64,000 nt of DNA, from the NCBI GenBank assembly GCA_002633005.1, contig NMRA01000199.1, positions 380,995-444,994 on the forward strand, written 5' to 3'. This document shows positions 12,396-25,362 of this stretch, in pieces (within the stretch, counting starts at the first letter, position 1; each line of letters starts with the position of its first letter). The stretch is from Phoronis australis (lineage: Eukaryota; Animalia; Phoronida). A program made the translations under genes and the position numbers. The notes under the pieces are model-generated. The model saw only the letters and a program-made list of their open reading frames with translations, ran no database searches and was not told the DNA's origin.

Positions 12396-13222
12396 CTCAA
12401 CGCTTGTGACGAATGTTGCCGCAGCGATGTCGCTACTTCCCGCGTCGTCTCCTGCATCGTTAGCATCGTCTGCGCTGCTATCGCTAGTTTCTATCCCCTT
12501 GAAAACCTCACTTGTGAGCGGAACTACTTTACGGTTGTTCAACCTACGAATTTTCATCGGGTCCAAGTCAGCATTGACGTTGCATGTTTTACAGCCACTG
12601 CTTTTCCTTTTACCCCCCGGCGTTGAGCTGCCCTTCCCTATAACAGCTATATACTGCAGTGTTGCGCCGTTTTTCAGAGCGTCTTGTTTGTCAACTTCCT
12701 CTGTGTAGAAAACTTCAATCCATACCCCTTTTCTTGTCTTAACTTCTTTTCCTTGGACATCCACCCATAGGAACTCATTGTCTCTGACATCAAGTTGGAT
12801 GAGATTATCTCTACAGAAGTTGTCGCTGTCTGTTCCAGAATGTGTCATAACTAAGGTTACGTAATGTGGTCTGGGTCTTGTGTTCAAGCGAATGACACGT
12901 GGCTCGGTGCAGAAAAAGTCAGCGAAGTAAAGGTTGCATGGTTGCTTTAAGAAAAACTGAACAGGGATGGCTATTTGCTTTTCTCCAAAAGGGGATCGGC
13001 TTGGCAAATAACCACCATACATGTTATTGGCATAGAAGTACACCCCACGAAGTTTATCGTTAATAGGACATTGCGGGTCACCTCCACAATCTTTATCTTT
13101 TAATAGCAATTTAGCATTTTCAAAATATGAAGAGTTTTTCGCTCGATGGAAGAATTTGCATATCTCAGGGTCTCCCACACTTTCTTCTGCGCGCTCCAGC
13201 AATTGTTCCAGGCGTGACTGTC
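11815..13222 (-). CDS. PHYHIPL: PHYHIP/PHYHIPL-like copy 2, main exon (3' end lost in gap)
   Basis: Open frame with the same PHYHIP_C motifs (FFHRAK, GVYFYAN, SPFG, NLYFADFFC, HYVTLV, WIEVFYTEEVD, CKTCNV). Acceptor ttattacag|GA, with AG at 13224-13223. Confidence 0.88.
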
Positions 13223-15446
13223 CTGTAATAAGATAAAAGTGAAAAGTACATAAATTTTCTCCGTAAATATTTTATTTTCTTCTTTTATAGCGGAATATAA
13301 AGGGCCATGGGCTGGATCACTTTGAGAACACTCTCTCTGGATAGTAGTGAGCCTGTGTTCTTTGAATTCATTGATAAGTACTCGAACAATAAACATACGT
13401 GAACAATAATCCCGAGGACACGATAACGTCGCATGTATTAAGTGGACGAACTTGGTGACCGGAATGAGCAGGCAATTCAAAATTTTTAACCTCTTTAGCT
13501 TTAGGCCTCACTGCTAAAGCTGCGTTTTTGATCTTCAATTGTTGCCGAATGAACGTGGCTCGTCATTTTCCGTACTACTTCGTAAATGTAGGCAAGTATT
13601 AATGGACACGATAGCGCCGCACGGAAATGGACGAACTTTGTACCGAACGAGCTTGGAATGAGTTGCCAACTCAAGTTACAAGCAATGCATGCGCTACTTT
13701 TGAATCAGAAATTTTTGGGTTCTCCAACCGTCTGAATTTTGAAACGTCTTCTTGAGCCGCCGGTAGTTTCCGGCTATGATCTGGTTGCAATATTGGTAAC
13801 GAAAATAGAACAATATCAGTCAGGAATATTATGAGACAATTTGAGTTGTTTTCTGAACGTCTAAACAGTGCGAAATGCAGCTTTGGTTAATCTTGTCCTG
13901 GCATTATTTTTTCTGTACACCAAGCAATTGCTCCCTCTCAAAATCAAGAGACTGTCAATAAGAGCACTTTTCGCAGTATCGTAGTGACCATTGGTAGATG
14001 ATTCCAATCTAAGGGTAAAGTCGGTATTATCCCACACTATATTCATTGCATGCATGGTTCGACATACGTAAGCGAGTACATGCTCGAAAATACGATTGAA
14101 AAAAGTTAAGTATGAGTGGGAAATTGACCTCACTCGTATTATCGAATAGGCATGGAGCAGACGTTCAGCATTTTTGGAGGTCGTCACTTTTTGCGGGTCC
14201 AAATACGGGAATACGAGTGCAGAATGTGCGGTCACTCGTATTTTTGAGCAGGCATTTTTGCCTGTGTCGAAGGCTGACATGGATATATCTGTGTTATTTT
14301 TTGATTTTTGAAGTACCTCAGATGTCATTTATTATATGGAAGTAGTGAAGGTATATTTTTACTCTAGATTTCATTTTGTTACTTAAACTCTTATGACTGA
14401 TTATTTTCACATGTGTTGAAATTCAGTTATTGTATGCTGAGTTGTTTTTTAGAAAAGTTTATCATGAGCAAACATTCACCTAGACATTTGTAACATTTGC
14501 ATTTTTTGTTTTTCTATTCATTTATATTTCGACAGTGCTAAGTGATGTTGCTGTTTTCACAACAATGTCTTATTGCATGCAAACATGTCGTATGATCTGG
14601 CTAAATCTTTCATTGTAGTTATTTACTATTTAAATCTGAAATTAAGCAGCTATTTAAATCAGCATTGCTGGCATTATGTATGTTTATCGTTAAAATCATT
14701 AAAGTTTTGAATAAAAATTACTCATTTGGTATTTTTTCTGGCTACTATATGAACCCCTGCTTCAGTTGCTGGAGAGTCCATTCCATATTATTTATTTGTA
14801 TATTTACCGCCGCAATATATTTTGAAACAAAACTGTACGCTGCATAAGTAGATTTAGGCTTCCCTTTCGCACACAATAAAAAAGAGCACCGATGTCGTTT
14901 TCAGTTGCTGAAATCGTCAGCCAATTCTGATACCTACTACTGATTCAGGAATCATAAAACTTTGTTCCATATTATTTATCTGTACACTCACCAGCACAAT
15001 CTGTTTTGAAACCAAACGCAGAAGCGGATCCAGGCTTTTTTTAAAAAACGGGGTCCAACACAACAATTTGAAAATTCAAGATTTTATATTACTAAAATCA
15101 AAGGAAAAAAGGGATCCCTAACCCTTGTACCCCCTGGATTCGCCTGTTAAACAGTACGCTGCAGAGGTGGATATAGCGGAGTCCGAGGGGGCCCAGGGCT
15201 CCTTTCTGCACATATGAAAATGACGCTGACCTGTCGTTTTCAGGGCTCTCACGAGAGTTTGTCCTTCGAAAATTGATGTCACACCCCTCGCAAGGTTATT
15301 ATGAAGGTTTACCCCTTAGACATCACATTAGTATTAGATGTCTATGGTTTACCGTTTGGAAATTGAGGTCGGGGTTCCCATCATCTTCGCATGTCTCAAA
15401 TCCGTCTATGGACATAAGTTCTTATTTCTAATAAATGTGATACCTT

Positions 15447-15966
15447 TGTTGTGAAGCGTGACTTCCGGTTGTCAGGACACGTACAGTCAGATAAAGCCTC
15501 TCTATGCCGCTTGCCAAGTGGCAATTGCCTCTTGGCCGAATGGTTTAGCTGCTTGACTGTCGCTCATGCAACCCGGGTTCAAGTGGCGGTCATCAAGAAA
15601 TTTTCTACATTGGCGCCCAACTAAGGAAAAATTCATGACTAACCCTGAGATTAAGTGGCGGATGGAGAGGGTGCGACCTGTTACTGGTGGATTCAGATCA
15701 CAAAAAGAGAACGTTGCTAAGGTCGAATTCCAGGACGCTAGGGTGTTAGTGCTGAGATCTAAAAGCTAGGGAGCGCGCCTGTTCCGTGGAAGGGGGAGTA
15801 CTGTTGTGAAGCGTGACTTCCGGTTGTCACGACAGGTACAGTCAGATAAAGCCTCTCTAAATGCCGCTTGCCAAGTGGCAATTGCCTCTTGGCCGAATGG
15901 TTTGGATGCTTGACTGTCGCTCGTGCAACCCGGTTTCAAGTGGCGGTCATCAAGAAATTTTCTACA
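15447..15966 (+). mobile_element. Non-autonomous miniature LTR retrotransposon (TRIM) with tRNA-like sequence in both LTRs (Helenus-like)
   Basis: LTR1 15447-15609 and LTR2 15802-15966 both run TG...CA. TSD is CCTT (4 bp). PBS TGGCGCCCAAC at 15611-15621 is tRNA-Lys type, and PPT GGAAGGGGGAG lies just before LTR2. The 192-bp interior has no retroelement coding signature. A box TGGCCGAATGG at 15533-15543; B-box-like GGTTCAAGT at 15576-15584. Confidence 0.9.
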
Positions 15967-16998
15967 CCTTCAACATAGTATTAACAAAAAAGAAACAGCA
16001 ATATATGATTAAAAAGAACTACTAAAGCCTTAACCTAGCTGGGTCTCATGAAGTGCTCTATGTGCAATAAATTCTCAGAATTCAAAACTTCTTAGCCAAA
16101 TACACGAAGGATTGCTTCATGTCAGTTGCACTACTCATGGGAATGAACATTTTGTGACATTCCGGGCTAAATCTTCCTTATTAGGGCTTCCAAATCGTAC
16201 TACAGACCACGGAAATATAGGTGACAGCTTTTTACATTTCTGGCCGCGAACCCGTTTTCAACTCCCCGTTGGACACCGTTTTTATTTCAGAAAATTCGTT
16301 CGAAAATTACATTTGTGATATCTAGGTCACACTGTTTGTGACCTCCGCTATCGGCAAACAAGGAAATTGAATTACACTCTCCACAGATTTGAATTGAAAA
16401 TGGCTTTGGGCTCAAATTTCCGGGCGACTGGCTGTGTATCATCAACTTCAAACGTCAATGGACACCGAAAAATCTTCACTAATCTCCAATATTCAGCATA
16501 ATGAATCCTCAGGTCTATATTTTTCTCGATAGCTATCGGCAAATTGCAGAGTTGTCTCCCCTAAATCAAAATTCCTCGGAAAACCCCTTCTTGTATGTAT
16601 TTCTGTGGGGGAATAGCTGCAGCTGGCTGCGCATGCGCACTGCCTGTCACATATTTCTGGCGTTGGACCTTCAACAGGCAAAATTTGAAAATTAGGATGT
16701 AATTGGTTGCAGTTTGCTTTTCATAGACAAGACCCCAACCCGAGCATCATGTAGTGGAAGTATCTGGGTAAAGGACACTTCGCAAGACAAATTGGCAATC
16801 ATCCGGCATAGCAACAGTGGCACGATATAGGGTATAGTGAAAACGCGCATTTTAAAATGTGTCGATTATTGACGGTGAAATCGACACATTTCGTTTCGCG
16901 ACCAAAACCCGCGGAAACTTCCTAATCATGCCAGGAGTAACAAAAGTCCGCAAACCTCAAATCTCAGTCCCGTCTCCGCTCCGCCAATGCACTTACCC

Positions 16999-17096
16999 GT
17001 GCGCCCCCTGTCTTCAACTGGCCAGTACGGACGTGCGCCCCCTGTGTTCAATTGGCCAGTATGGACGTGCGCCCCCTGTCTTCCACTGGCCAGGCT
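16999..17096. repeat. ~34-bp GC-rich minisatellite running into a gap
   Basis: gtgcgccccctgtcttcaactggccagtacggac occurs three times before the Ns. Confidence 0.85.
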
Positions 17097-17894
17097 NNNN
17101 NNNNNNNNNNNNNNNNNNNNNNNNNNNNNNNNNNNNNNNNNNNNNNNNNNNNNNNNNNNNNNNNNNNNNNNNNNNNNNNNNNNNNNNNNNNNNNNNNNNN
17201 NNNNNNNNNNNNNNNNNNNNNNNNNNNNNNNNNNNNNNNNNNNNNNNNNNNNNNNNNNNNNNNNNNNNNNNNNNNNNNNNNNNNNNNNNNNNNNNNNNNN
17301 NNNNNNNNNNNNNNNNNNNNNNNNNNNNNNNNNNNNNNNNNNNNNNNNNNNNNNNNNNNNNNNNNNNNNNNNNNNNNNNNNNNNNNNNNNNNNNNNNNNN
17401 NNNNNNNNNNNNNNNNNNNNNNNNNNNNNNNNNNNNNNNNNNNNNNNNNNNNNNNNNNNNNNNNNNNNNNNNNNNNNNNNNNNNNNNNNNNNNNNNNNNN
17501 NNNNNNNNNNNNNNNNNNNNNNNNNNNNNNNNNNNNNNNNNNNNNNNNNNNNNNNNNNNNNNNNNNNNNNNNNNNNNNNNNNNNNNNNNNNNNNNNNNNN
17601 NNNNNNNNNNNNNNNNNNNNNNNNNNNNNNNNNNNNNNNNNNNNNNNNNNNNNNNNNNNNNNNNNNNNNNNNNNNNNNNNNNNNNNNNNNNNNNNNNNNN
17701 NNNNNNNNNNNNNNNNNNNNNNNNNNNNNNNNNNNNNNNNNNNNNNNNNNNNNNNNNNNNNNNNNNNNNNNNNNNNNNNNNNNNNNNNNNNNNNNNNNNN
17801 NNNNNNNNNNNNNNNNNNNNNNNNNNNNNNNNNNNNNNNNNNNNNNNNNNNNNNNNNNNNNNNNNNNNNNNNNNNNNNNNNNNNNNNNNNNNNN
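17097..17894. other. Assembly gap (N run)
   Basis: Run of n. Confidence 1.
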
Positions 17895-17980
17895 GGCACA
17901 ATTCAAGATCCCATTGTGAAATTATTATTTTTCCCTTTCGATCCATAAACGGTCAAAGGTGCCGTGTGACTTGTACTTAT

Positions 17981-18110
17981 TCATTATTACTAGTGATCAT
18001 TTACTTGCGATAATTTTTACTTGCGATTCATTTTACTAGCAATAATTTTACTAGCGTTCATTTTTACTAGCGATCATTTTTACTTACGATCATTTTTACC
18101 AGCGATTTTT
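17981..18110. repeat. ~16-bp degenerate tandem repeat
   Basis: About 8 units resembling atcatttttactagcg. Confidence 0.8.
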
Positions 18111-18358
18111 GCGAAGCGGTGAAGTTTCCCCGTCACGATTAGGGGTGTGGCGGTCAATTTTACGAGTCGGGCGGAGCCAAAAAGAAGCGTGGCGGGCCGC
18201 CCAGAAGTTTACACGCTTCATGGCCACAAGTACGTCAGCAGTGTAACCAGTAATTTGCGGCTCAAAAAGAATGGATTAATTCGGTAGTTATCACCAATAT
18301 AATTTGCCTTAAGTTATTTCGATTATCACGGAAGCGAAACAATATCAGTGTAACTTAC

Positions 18359-18365
18359 CTCTCAT
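18359..18365 (-). CDS. First coding micro-exon (ATG AGA G) of PHYHIP-like copy 2
   Basis: GAAACA-ATGAGAG|GTAAGT. Splicing to 13222 gives MRGQSRLEQLL. The flanks are homologous to 4230-4530 and 54840-55120. Confidence 0.75.
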
Positions 18366-19390
18366 TGTTTCAGCTTGGTGTCGCTTGGCCTGAAGTCAAG
18401 TCAGTCACTGGAAGAAACTGATAACGAAACAAAATCTCACGCTTTTGTTTTTATCAATTGAAACGTTAGATTTGCGTACATTGTTACGATTGCCTTACCA
18501 ATGACATTTCACTGATTACACTGCAACTCTAGAATATTTTCATACCTATTTTTGTTGGAACTCTCCGCAATTCACTCTTTGACGAAATTTTATTTCCTGG
18601 AAGGTGTTTTTCAAAGAAAAAGCCCAATTCTTAAAGAGTTTCAGACCATGACATTGTCTCTCAAAAAATGTATTCACTCTTTACTAACCTGGTACACTCC
18701 TCTTTACATGGACGAAATTTCATTTCCTCGAACAAGCGTTTTTCTAAGAAAAAGCCCATTCTCAAAGAGTTTCCACCATGACCTTGGCTCTCAAAAAAAT
18801 TATTAATACCTCTTAAGAGATTTAATGGCCTTTAGTATAACTGGTGCTAAGAAACAGGCCAAAAAAAAAATTTTTAAATAATTTTCTGTTCTACGTAATG
18901 AGTTATAAAAGTGTACTGTACTGGAGTCGAGGACCTTCTTCAACACCTTCATGTGATTGGCTAAAATATTGTGAGGAAACAAAATACTAATATTAGTCGA
19001 AATAACCATTACAACGTTAAGAAATTCTGTCTCTTTCTTCTAAAAGAATGGAATTTCCTTTCCATCGGATGATGCAGAATTATAGAGTTTATATTATTTG
19101 TGTATATTTTTTCCATTAAAATGCATAAAATTGATCAGAGTGCCTTGAATTTTTCAAGAAAATTTCCGTGCTCTTTTATTTCTGGAATTACGATTACGAG
19201 GTGCTCTATTTTGCTCACGGAAACGAAGAATTCGAAAAGGTGCTCCAGTTTCTACATTCATAGGACACAAGTAACTTGCAAGGTTCTGTCACTGCTGTAA
19301 ATAGGAGCTTTTGCATATTTTTCTTATATCTCAAAAGGTGCTTGTGTTTATAATGATGACAAGTGGTGTACATTCAATGCTTCTGTTGTA

Positions 19391-21308
19391 CAGTAAAGTG
19401 ACCTAATTATCGGATGTTTTGGCACATTTTGAATTAATATATTTAATTGAAAATATTACGGATTGTTGTAAATTCTTTGCTGAAATAAAGATTTACCTTC
19501 ACGGAATTGTTCTGTTACTATATCTTGTCACTGAAAGCCACATTTATGTTCCGACTGATCTTCAAAAAACACAACAACCAAACCTTCGGAGAACCTAAAT
19601 ATCGGACACCCTGTTTCTCCATACGCTACACCGCGGAAAACTGACTAACCACGTAATGGCCGCGGGCTCCTTGTCGCCAAATTTCAGCTCGAGTGTTTAG
19701 ACATATATGCTGCTAGAACCCAGGTCCATTCGCAACAAAATTATCCATGAAATGAAATCTGATGACGGCGCCAAGCCGTTTTGATGAATTAGTGCAGATG
19801 ACTAAAGCACGTGCAAACTCGCTGCAGTTTTTAGTATCACTTAGGCTTCTTGATATGACACCCGCACGTGCGTGGTCGGGGTTTGACTTGAGTTTAAAAA
19901 CAAACGAAAAAATGGAACAGTGACATATTGTCAGTTCAGTGAGATGGTTTCATTGTGGAAAAAGATTTTATTTTCAACTTTTATAACCGATTTATGCGAT
20001 CGTCCATTTTAGGCCGACTTGGGGGTCTAAATTGCACCCTCTCTCGGTGAAATCAAAACGAGGCAACGCTGTAAAAAAACGAGACGGTGCCGGACATTGA
20101 ATGCATTACAACGGAACAAAAATTGGTGTCATTTAATTCTCAGATTATGCTTCAAGTAAGATTCTATGAAATGTCCGATATTTAGGTTCCGTCCGATAAT
20201 TAGGTACACTATGTGTATGTTCCGACTGATCTTTAAAAAACACAACTAGCAAACCTTCAGAGAACCTAAATATCGGACACCATGTTTCCCCATATGCCAC
20301 CCCGTGGAAAACTGATTAACCACGTAATGGCCGCGGGCACCTTGTAGCCAAATTTCAGCTCAAGTGTTTTGACATATATGCTGCTAGAACACAGGTCCAT
20401 TCGCAACAAAATCATCCATAAAATGAAATCTGATGACGGCGCCAAGTCGTTTCTATGAATTAGTGCAGATGACTAAAGCACGTGCAAACTCACTGCAGTT
20501 GGCTTCATGATATGACACCTTCACGTGCGCGGTCGGGGTTTGACTTCAGTTTAAAAACAAATGAAAAAATGGAACACAAATTTTTGTTCCGCTGTAACGC
20601 ATTCAATGTTCGGCACCGTGTCGTTTTTTTCTAGCGTTGCCTCGTTTTGATTTTACCGAGAGAGGGTGCAATTTAGACCCCCAAGTCGGCCTAAAATGGA
20701 TGATCGCATAAATCGGTTATAAAAGTTGAAAACAAAATCTTTATCCACAATGAAATCATCTAATTGAACTAACAATATGGAACTGTTCCATTTTTTCATT
20801 TGGTTTTAAACTCAAGTCAAAACCCGGCCGCGCATGTGCGTGTGTTATATTAAGAAGGCAAAGAGATACCTAAAACTTCAATGAGATTGCGCGCGCTTTA
20901 GTCGTCTGCACTGATTCATCGAAACGACTTGGTGCTGTCATCAGACTTCATGTTGTGGATAAATTTTGTTGCAAATGGAGCTGTGTTTTAGCAGCATATG
21001 TCAAAACACTCGAGCTGAAATTTGACTACAAGGTGCCCTCGGCCATTACTTGGTTAGTTAGTTTTCCGCAGTGTGGCGTATGGGGAAACATGCTGTCCGA
21101 TATTTAAGTTCTCCGAAGGTTTGCTAGTTGTGTTTTTTAAAGATCAGTCGGAACATAATTGTGGCTTTCGGTGACAAGATATAGTAACACAACAATTCTA
21201 TAAAGGAAAGCCTTTGTTTCAGCAAAGAATTTACAACAATCCGTAGTATTTTCAATTAAATTTAATGCAAAATATGCCAAAACGTCCGATAATTAGGTCA
21301 CTTGACTG
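19391..21308. mobile_element. Tc1/mariner-like non-autonomous foldback composite
   Basis: Ends are TA|CAGTAAAGTGACCTAATTATCGGA ... TCCGATAATTAGGTCACTTGACTG|TA. Arms ~19391-20125 and ~20577-21308 are inverted, and ~20216-20576 is a direct duplicate of ~19546-19918. Confidence 0.85.
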
Positions 21309-21527
21309 TAACTATTGTTGTACAACACACAAAGGTGCTCGCATTTAAACATTGTCATAGCACATGCACCTCTAATCTGCTGCGCGACGATGTACTATAG
21401 GGTTGATCATGTACTGCATCTGACTAACTAAAGGTGTAGTGGTCATAGCTAAAACATGGGTAGCGCAATCAGGCATAAGGGGCTGGGGCTATAGCCCCAA
21501 AGTTTTTCAGTGCTGCGCCGCCTATGT

Positions 21528-21918
21528 AAAGGTGCTCCCATTTTATATTCTCGTAGCATAAGGCACTCAGGCTCCCAATTTGACACTCTCGTGACAAAAG
21601 GTGCTCCCATTTTGATATTCTCATGACGTAAGGTGCTCCAATTTTGACATTGTTATGACATAAGGTGCTCCCATTCTGACATTCTCATGACATCAGGTGC
21701 TCCCATTTTGACATTCTCGTGGCATTTAAGTGCTCCTATTTTGATATTCTCATGGCGTAAGGTGCTCCCATTCTGACATTCTCATGACATAAGGTGCTCC
21801 CGTTTTGACATTCTCATGGCATGAGGTGCCCCCATTTCGATATTTTCGTGACATGAGGTGTTCCCATTTTGACCTTCTCATGACATAAGGTGGTCCTGTT
21901 TTGACATTCTCATGGCTT
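21528..21918 (+). repeat. 32-bp minisatellite (AAGGTGCTCCCATTTTGACATTCTCATGACAT)
   Basis: About 12 units. More degenerate units occur at ~19140-19385 and ~21330. Confidence 0.9.
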
Positions 21919-22186
21919 AAGTTGCTCACAAAATCAGGTAGCTTTGAAAGCATGTTTCTGATAAAAATGTGCAGCGTGCAGCTGTTTGAGAATTGTTTAA
22001 AATTATTGTCGTCGTATCTTTTAATGGTTCTTCTCAATTTCAGATTCAACTTCATCATGGTTGGGGAGTTTACGACAGACTTTTGAAAGTATCTGGTGAA
22101 ACTGAGGAATAATGATATCCATAAAAAGGCAGCAAAAGGAGTGTGTCAGAGACAGGTATAACTATGAACATAATTCAAAGTGCTAT

Positions 22187-24209
22187 AGACCCTATTCACG
22201 CAGACAGGAGGCGCGTTCCAAAACGAGGCTCGCTACGATAGCTCTGGTGGCTTATCCGCGTAGTTGTACTCTGCGTTGCTCGAACAGCTAGAAAAAATAC
22301 GGACACTCTGTTTTACAATCCCTAAAGACGTTGGGATTCGGAAGCGTTGGGTCCTTGCCATACACCGCGACGAAGGAAAATATGTCCGTGTAAAATTTAT
22401 TACTGTTTTCGAATCATAATTTGTCACGTCTCGGACTGGATGCCGCCTTAGCAACGAGGACCGGAGAATCTTCGGCCAACCAGGCTGTGTTTTCATGACT
22501 GTGGGTTGAGGCGCGATGCATTTTTCTTTACAAAAAGGACAGGGCCCTCAATCCCTCAATTTTGGGGCCAAATATCAGTCCTATTCCCCTCTCAAATATG
22601 TTGAAAAATCACGTGAAATTCCCGGCCACGAGGCCTAAAAATCCCCTTTGTGATTGAAAATTTCTCTCCAACGGTTCAAATCACCTGTGACCATAGAGGT
22701 GACAATTTTAAAAAGTACAAAATCATAGGCGGATTTAGGGGGGGGCAGGGGCCCGTCCCCCCCTTGACTGCCGCAAGCAAAATAAACCAGCAAAACGTGA
22801 AGCGGGAGGAAACTTGAAGTGCTGAGTTCGAGCTAGGACTGGTAGCGGACGAGGGGGGAAAACACGTCCGTTTTATTTTTTTTTAGTCCAACGACAGATT
22901 CCTGAGCAGAAGGTATACATCCTCGGCGCCCGCAACTTCCGGGCCGCCTGCGTGCATACAATCGCGCTTTGTCCGCTTCTCCGATGATGTCGCCCCCCCA
23001 CTAGGCCTATATGGTATCCTAGATCAGCCACTGAAAATGCTACTTGAGACAGAGCTATGAGAGCTTGCAACAGGGCGGGGTGCTATTGATGGTGATCGGG
23101 AGGTCAGTAGAGTTTTCACCGTTGACCCATCACTCGGGGAACGTTCCCCTCTCAGAAGGCCGCACACACAGTGAGGCACCTTTCTCCTCGGATATGAACG
23201 AAGCCTTTGGAGAAACATGATAACTATGCTTGTTCCAGGGGGGATCAAGGACTTTGAGTTGGGGTGGGGGGGCAAGGCAGAGTATTAGCCCGGATTTTGC
23301 CCGTCAGAAATTCGTGATCCTGAACTGCCAAATGGAATCTTGGAGAATTTTAGGGGGGCTAGGGCATAGCCCCTTGGCTCCCCTCTAAATCCGCCACTGT
23401 GTTCTGTCCAGTTAACTGAAATTGAGCTCTAAAACGAGGTTATGCTTTAGTTGGACGAAAGAATTAGGTGTTTTAATTTTAAAATTAAACTTGGTCGAGA
23501 TTGATATTTGAAAAACATAACACATGAAGTGACGTAATTATTAAAACCAAGAAAGCAGAATTGATGGTCATATAATTTTTATTTTCAATTGCGAGCCTAG
23601 TTTTTTTATCGTAATCAAAATATATATTTAATAACATCAAGTATTATTTCAGATCAATGACAAATCAACTGTTAGTCCTGGTAGTGCCTACCTCACCGGG
23701 ACCTAGGCTGTGCTTGAAGCTAATAGGCCTACTCTTGATCAACAAATTAAACCAGATGAGACTGATTGCACATGACAGCAAAATGCTATGAGCCACCACT
23801 GTCGAATATATCTTCCACTCGTCAACAATACGACCAGTTGACCTGGTTCGTTTAGAAAGCATTTTTATCAAGAATTTATTAGAAGAAACGTAACCCTGCA
23901 TTCAGCATGGTACCTAATCCGTAACACAACGATCACCGCAATTTGGTCATGTTTACTTTTCATGTTTCGAACCTAGTTTTCCCGAAAAAACCTATATCCT
24001 TTCGTCAGACAACTCTTTGGTGCATTGACTTGTTCTTTAACTGTATTTTTCTACGTCTCCGTGGTTAGTTATTGACACATTTTTTAAGATTTAATATTCA
24101 GGTTGGACTCCAAAGACCGGCCATTTAACTCACGCAATGTAAATTTCCACTTTGTTTATCACAGTGAGCCTCGCTTTGGATTTTAATGTCCGCGGCGTGA
24201 ATAGAGTCT
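22187..24209. mobile_element. ISL2EU-like (PIF/Harbinger group) internally deleted DNA transposon with nested MITEs
   Basis: Ends are AT|AGACCCTATTCACG ... CGTGAATAGAGTCT|AT (14-bp TIR, AT TSD). A THAP remnant lies on + at ~22260-22385 (FTIPKDVGIRKRWVLAIHRDEG). An opposite-strand remnant KGYRFFREN at ~23975-24005 resembles the second ISL2EU protein. Confidence 0.75.
22724..23033. mobile_element. MITE (CATAGGCGGATTTAGG...CCTAGATCAGCCACTG) with 5-bp TSD AAAAT
   Basis: Imperfect TIRs with AAAAT on both sides. The same family occurs at 51736-52844 and from 63979 to the window end. Confidence 0.75.
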
Positions 24210-25362
24210 ATTGCATTCACTTGTGACAATGGCCAAGGATAAATGACAACACGTGTCATATATGTAAAGCAAACATATCTTGAAAGGGGCTCTTGTTTCA
24301 TGCAGCTAATGAGTAAGGCGAAAATATCTCAACCCTGCATGGGTTTTTAATTCTTCAGGGAGCAAATGACATGAAATGACTTTGATTTGGCGTTTTCAGA
24401 TCCAGTTTTGTCTCTCTTTCTTAGTCATAGATGCCTATCTGATTCAATTGATATTTTTGTGATCTCCTGAAATACAGAACATNACTATTCGGAATGGTAA
24501 AAAATTCTAAAAAATTTTACTTTTTCTTGAGGCAAGAGTTGGGCAGTGTTACAGTGTTGAAACCATTGAGCAATGGCAGACACATTGTGGCTCACTTTCA
24601 TCCATCAAAGTGACCAGGTGAGAGGTTTTATAATCAGCTTTACCAAAATCCTTGGGTATACGTAAACAATCACACCAATCTTTTATATCCTTACTTTCAA
24701 CTGATATGATTGCCAAGTCACACTTCTAAATTCGTTAAGATGATGAAATCTCATTTTCCTATTGTCAAGTTATCAAGATTGGCATCAGCTATATGTTTAT
24801 TAATTGTTGGCTTTCACCTGCCAAGAAGACTTCGCCTTCTTTCATGTTAAAACTATTTTCTTTTCAAGTCTTGCCCAGTCTTTACATTAAAAAAATTTGC
24901 CAATCGTCTTCAAAAATATAAAATTTAACTCAATTCCCTGTTGCCATAGAAAAATGAGAATGTTTACGTAATCCATTAGTATGGCATGCTGCTGACGGTT
25001 TTATATTCTTTGGTTTTGTTGAGTTAAGTTGCTGCCATTATCATTCTGTGTTGGTCTTACGTCAGTCAACATTGCTTTGCGAGTTTTCCATTTTGGTAAT
25101 TGCATGTTTAAATTGTTCATGAAAAGGGGGATTGAGGTGTAATTTAATACAGTTTCGTGAATTTTATTTCAGGAATATGTTGTGTACTTCAAAGAATGCT
25201 GCCCTTGGGTTCACCTATTTTCCTGTTTACCTTTATGAGGAAAAGAAATGACAGTAAGGAAACATTGACTTAACTTGACTTATCTAATACTATACCCAAA
25301 TCTTACTTTTAATTGTGATTGCGTATTTTTAATCAAATACAGTGCAAGCTTGTTGAGCTGTA

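Noticed and set aside
15526-15590. A genuine tRNA-Asp gene
   Set aside because: The acceptor and T stems do not pair properly, and the sequence is duplicated as part of two LTRs.
16570-16620. NF-kB-like (GGAAAACCCC) and IRF-like (GAAACGAAA near 4506) sites as evidence of immune regulation of the PHYHIP-like genes
   Set aside because: The motifs are short, are not conserved in position across the three paralogues, and are expected by chance.
16859-18013. Long ORFs of 283-384 aa in the ORF track (also 11074-11934 and 51870-52474)
   Set aside because: They are artefacts of translating through N gaps.
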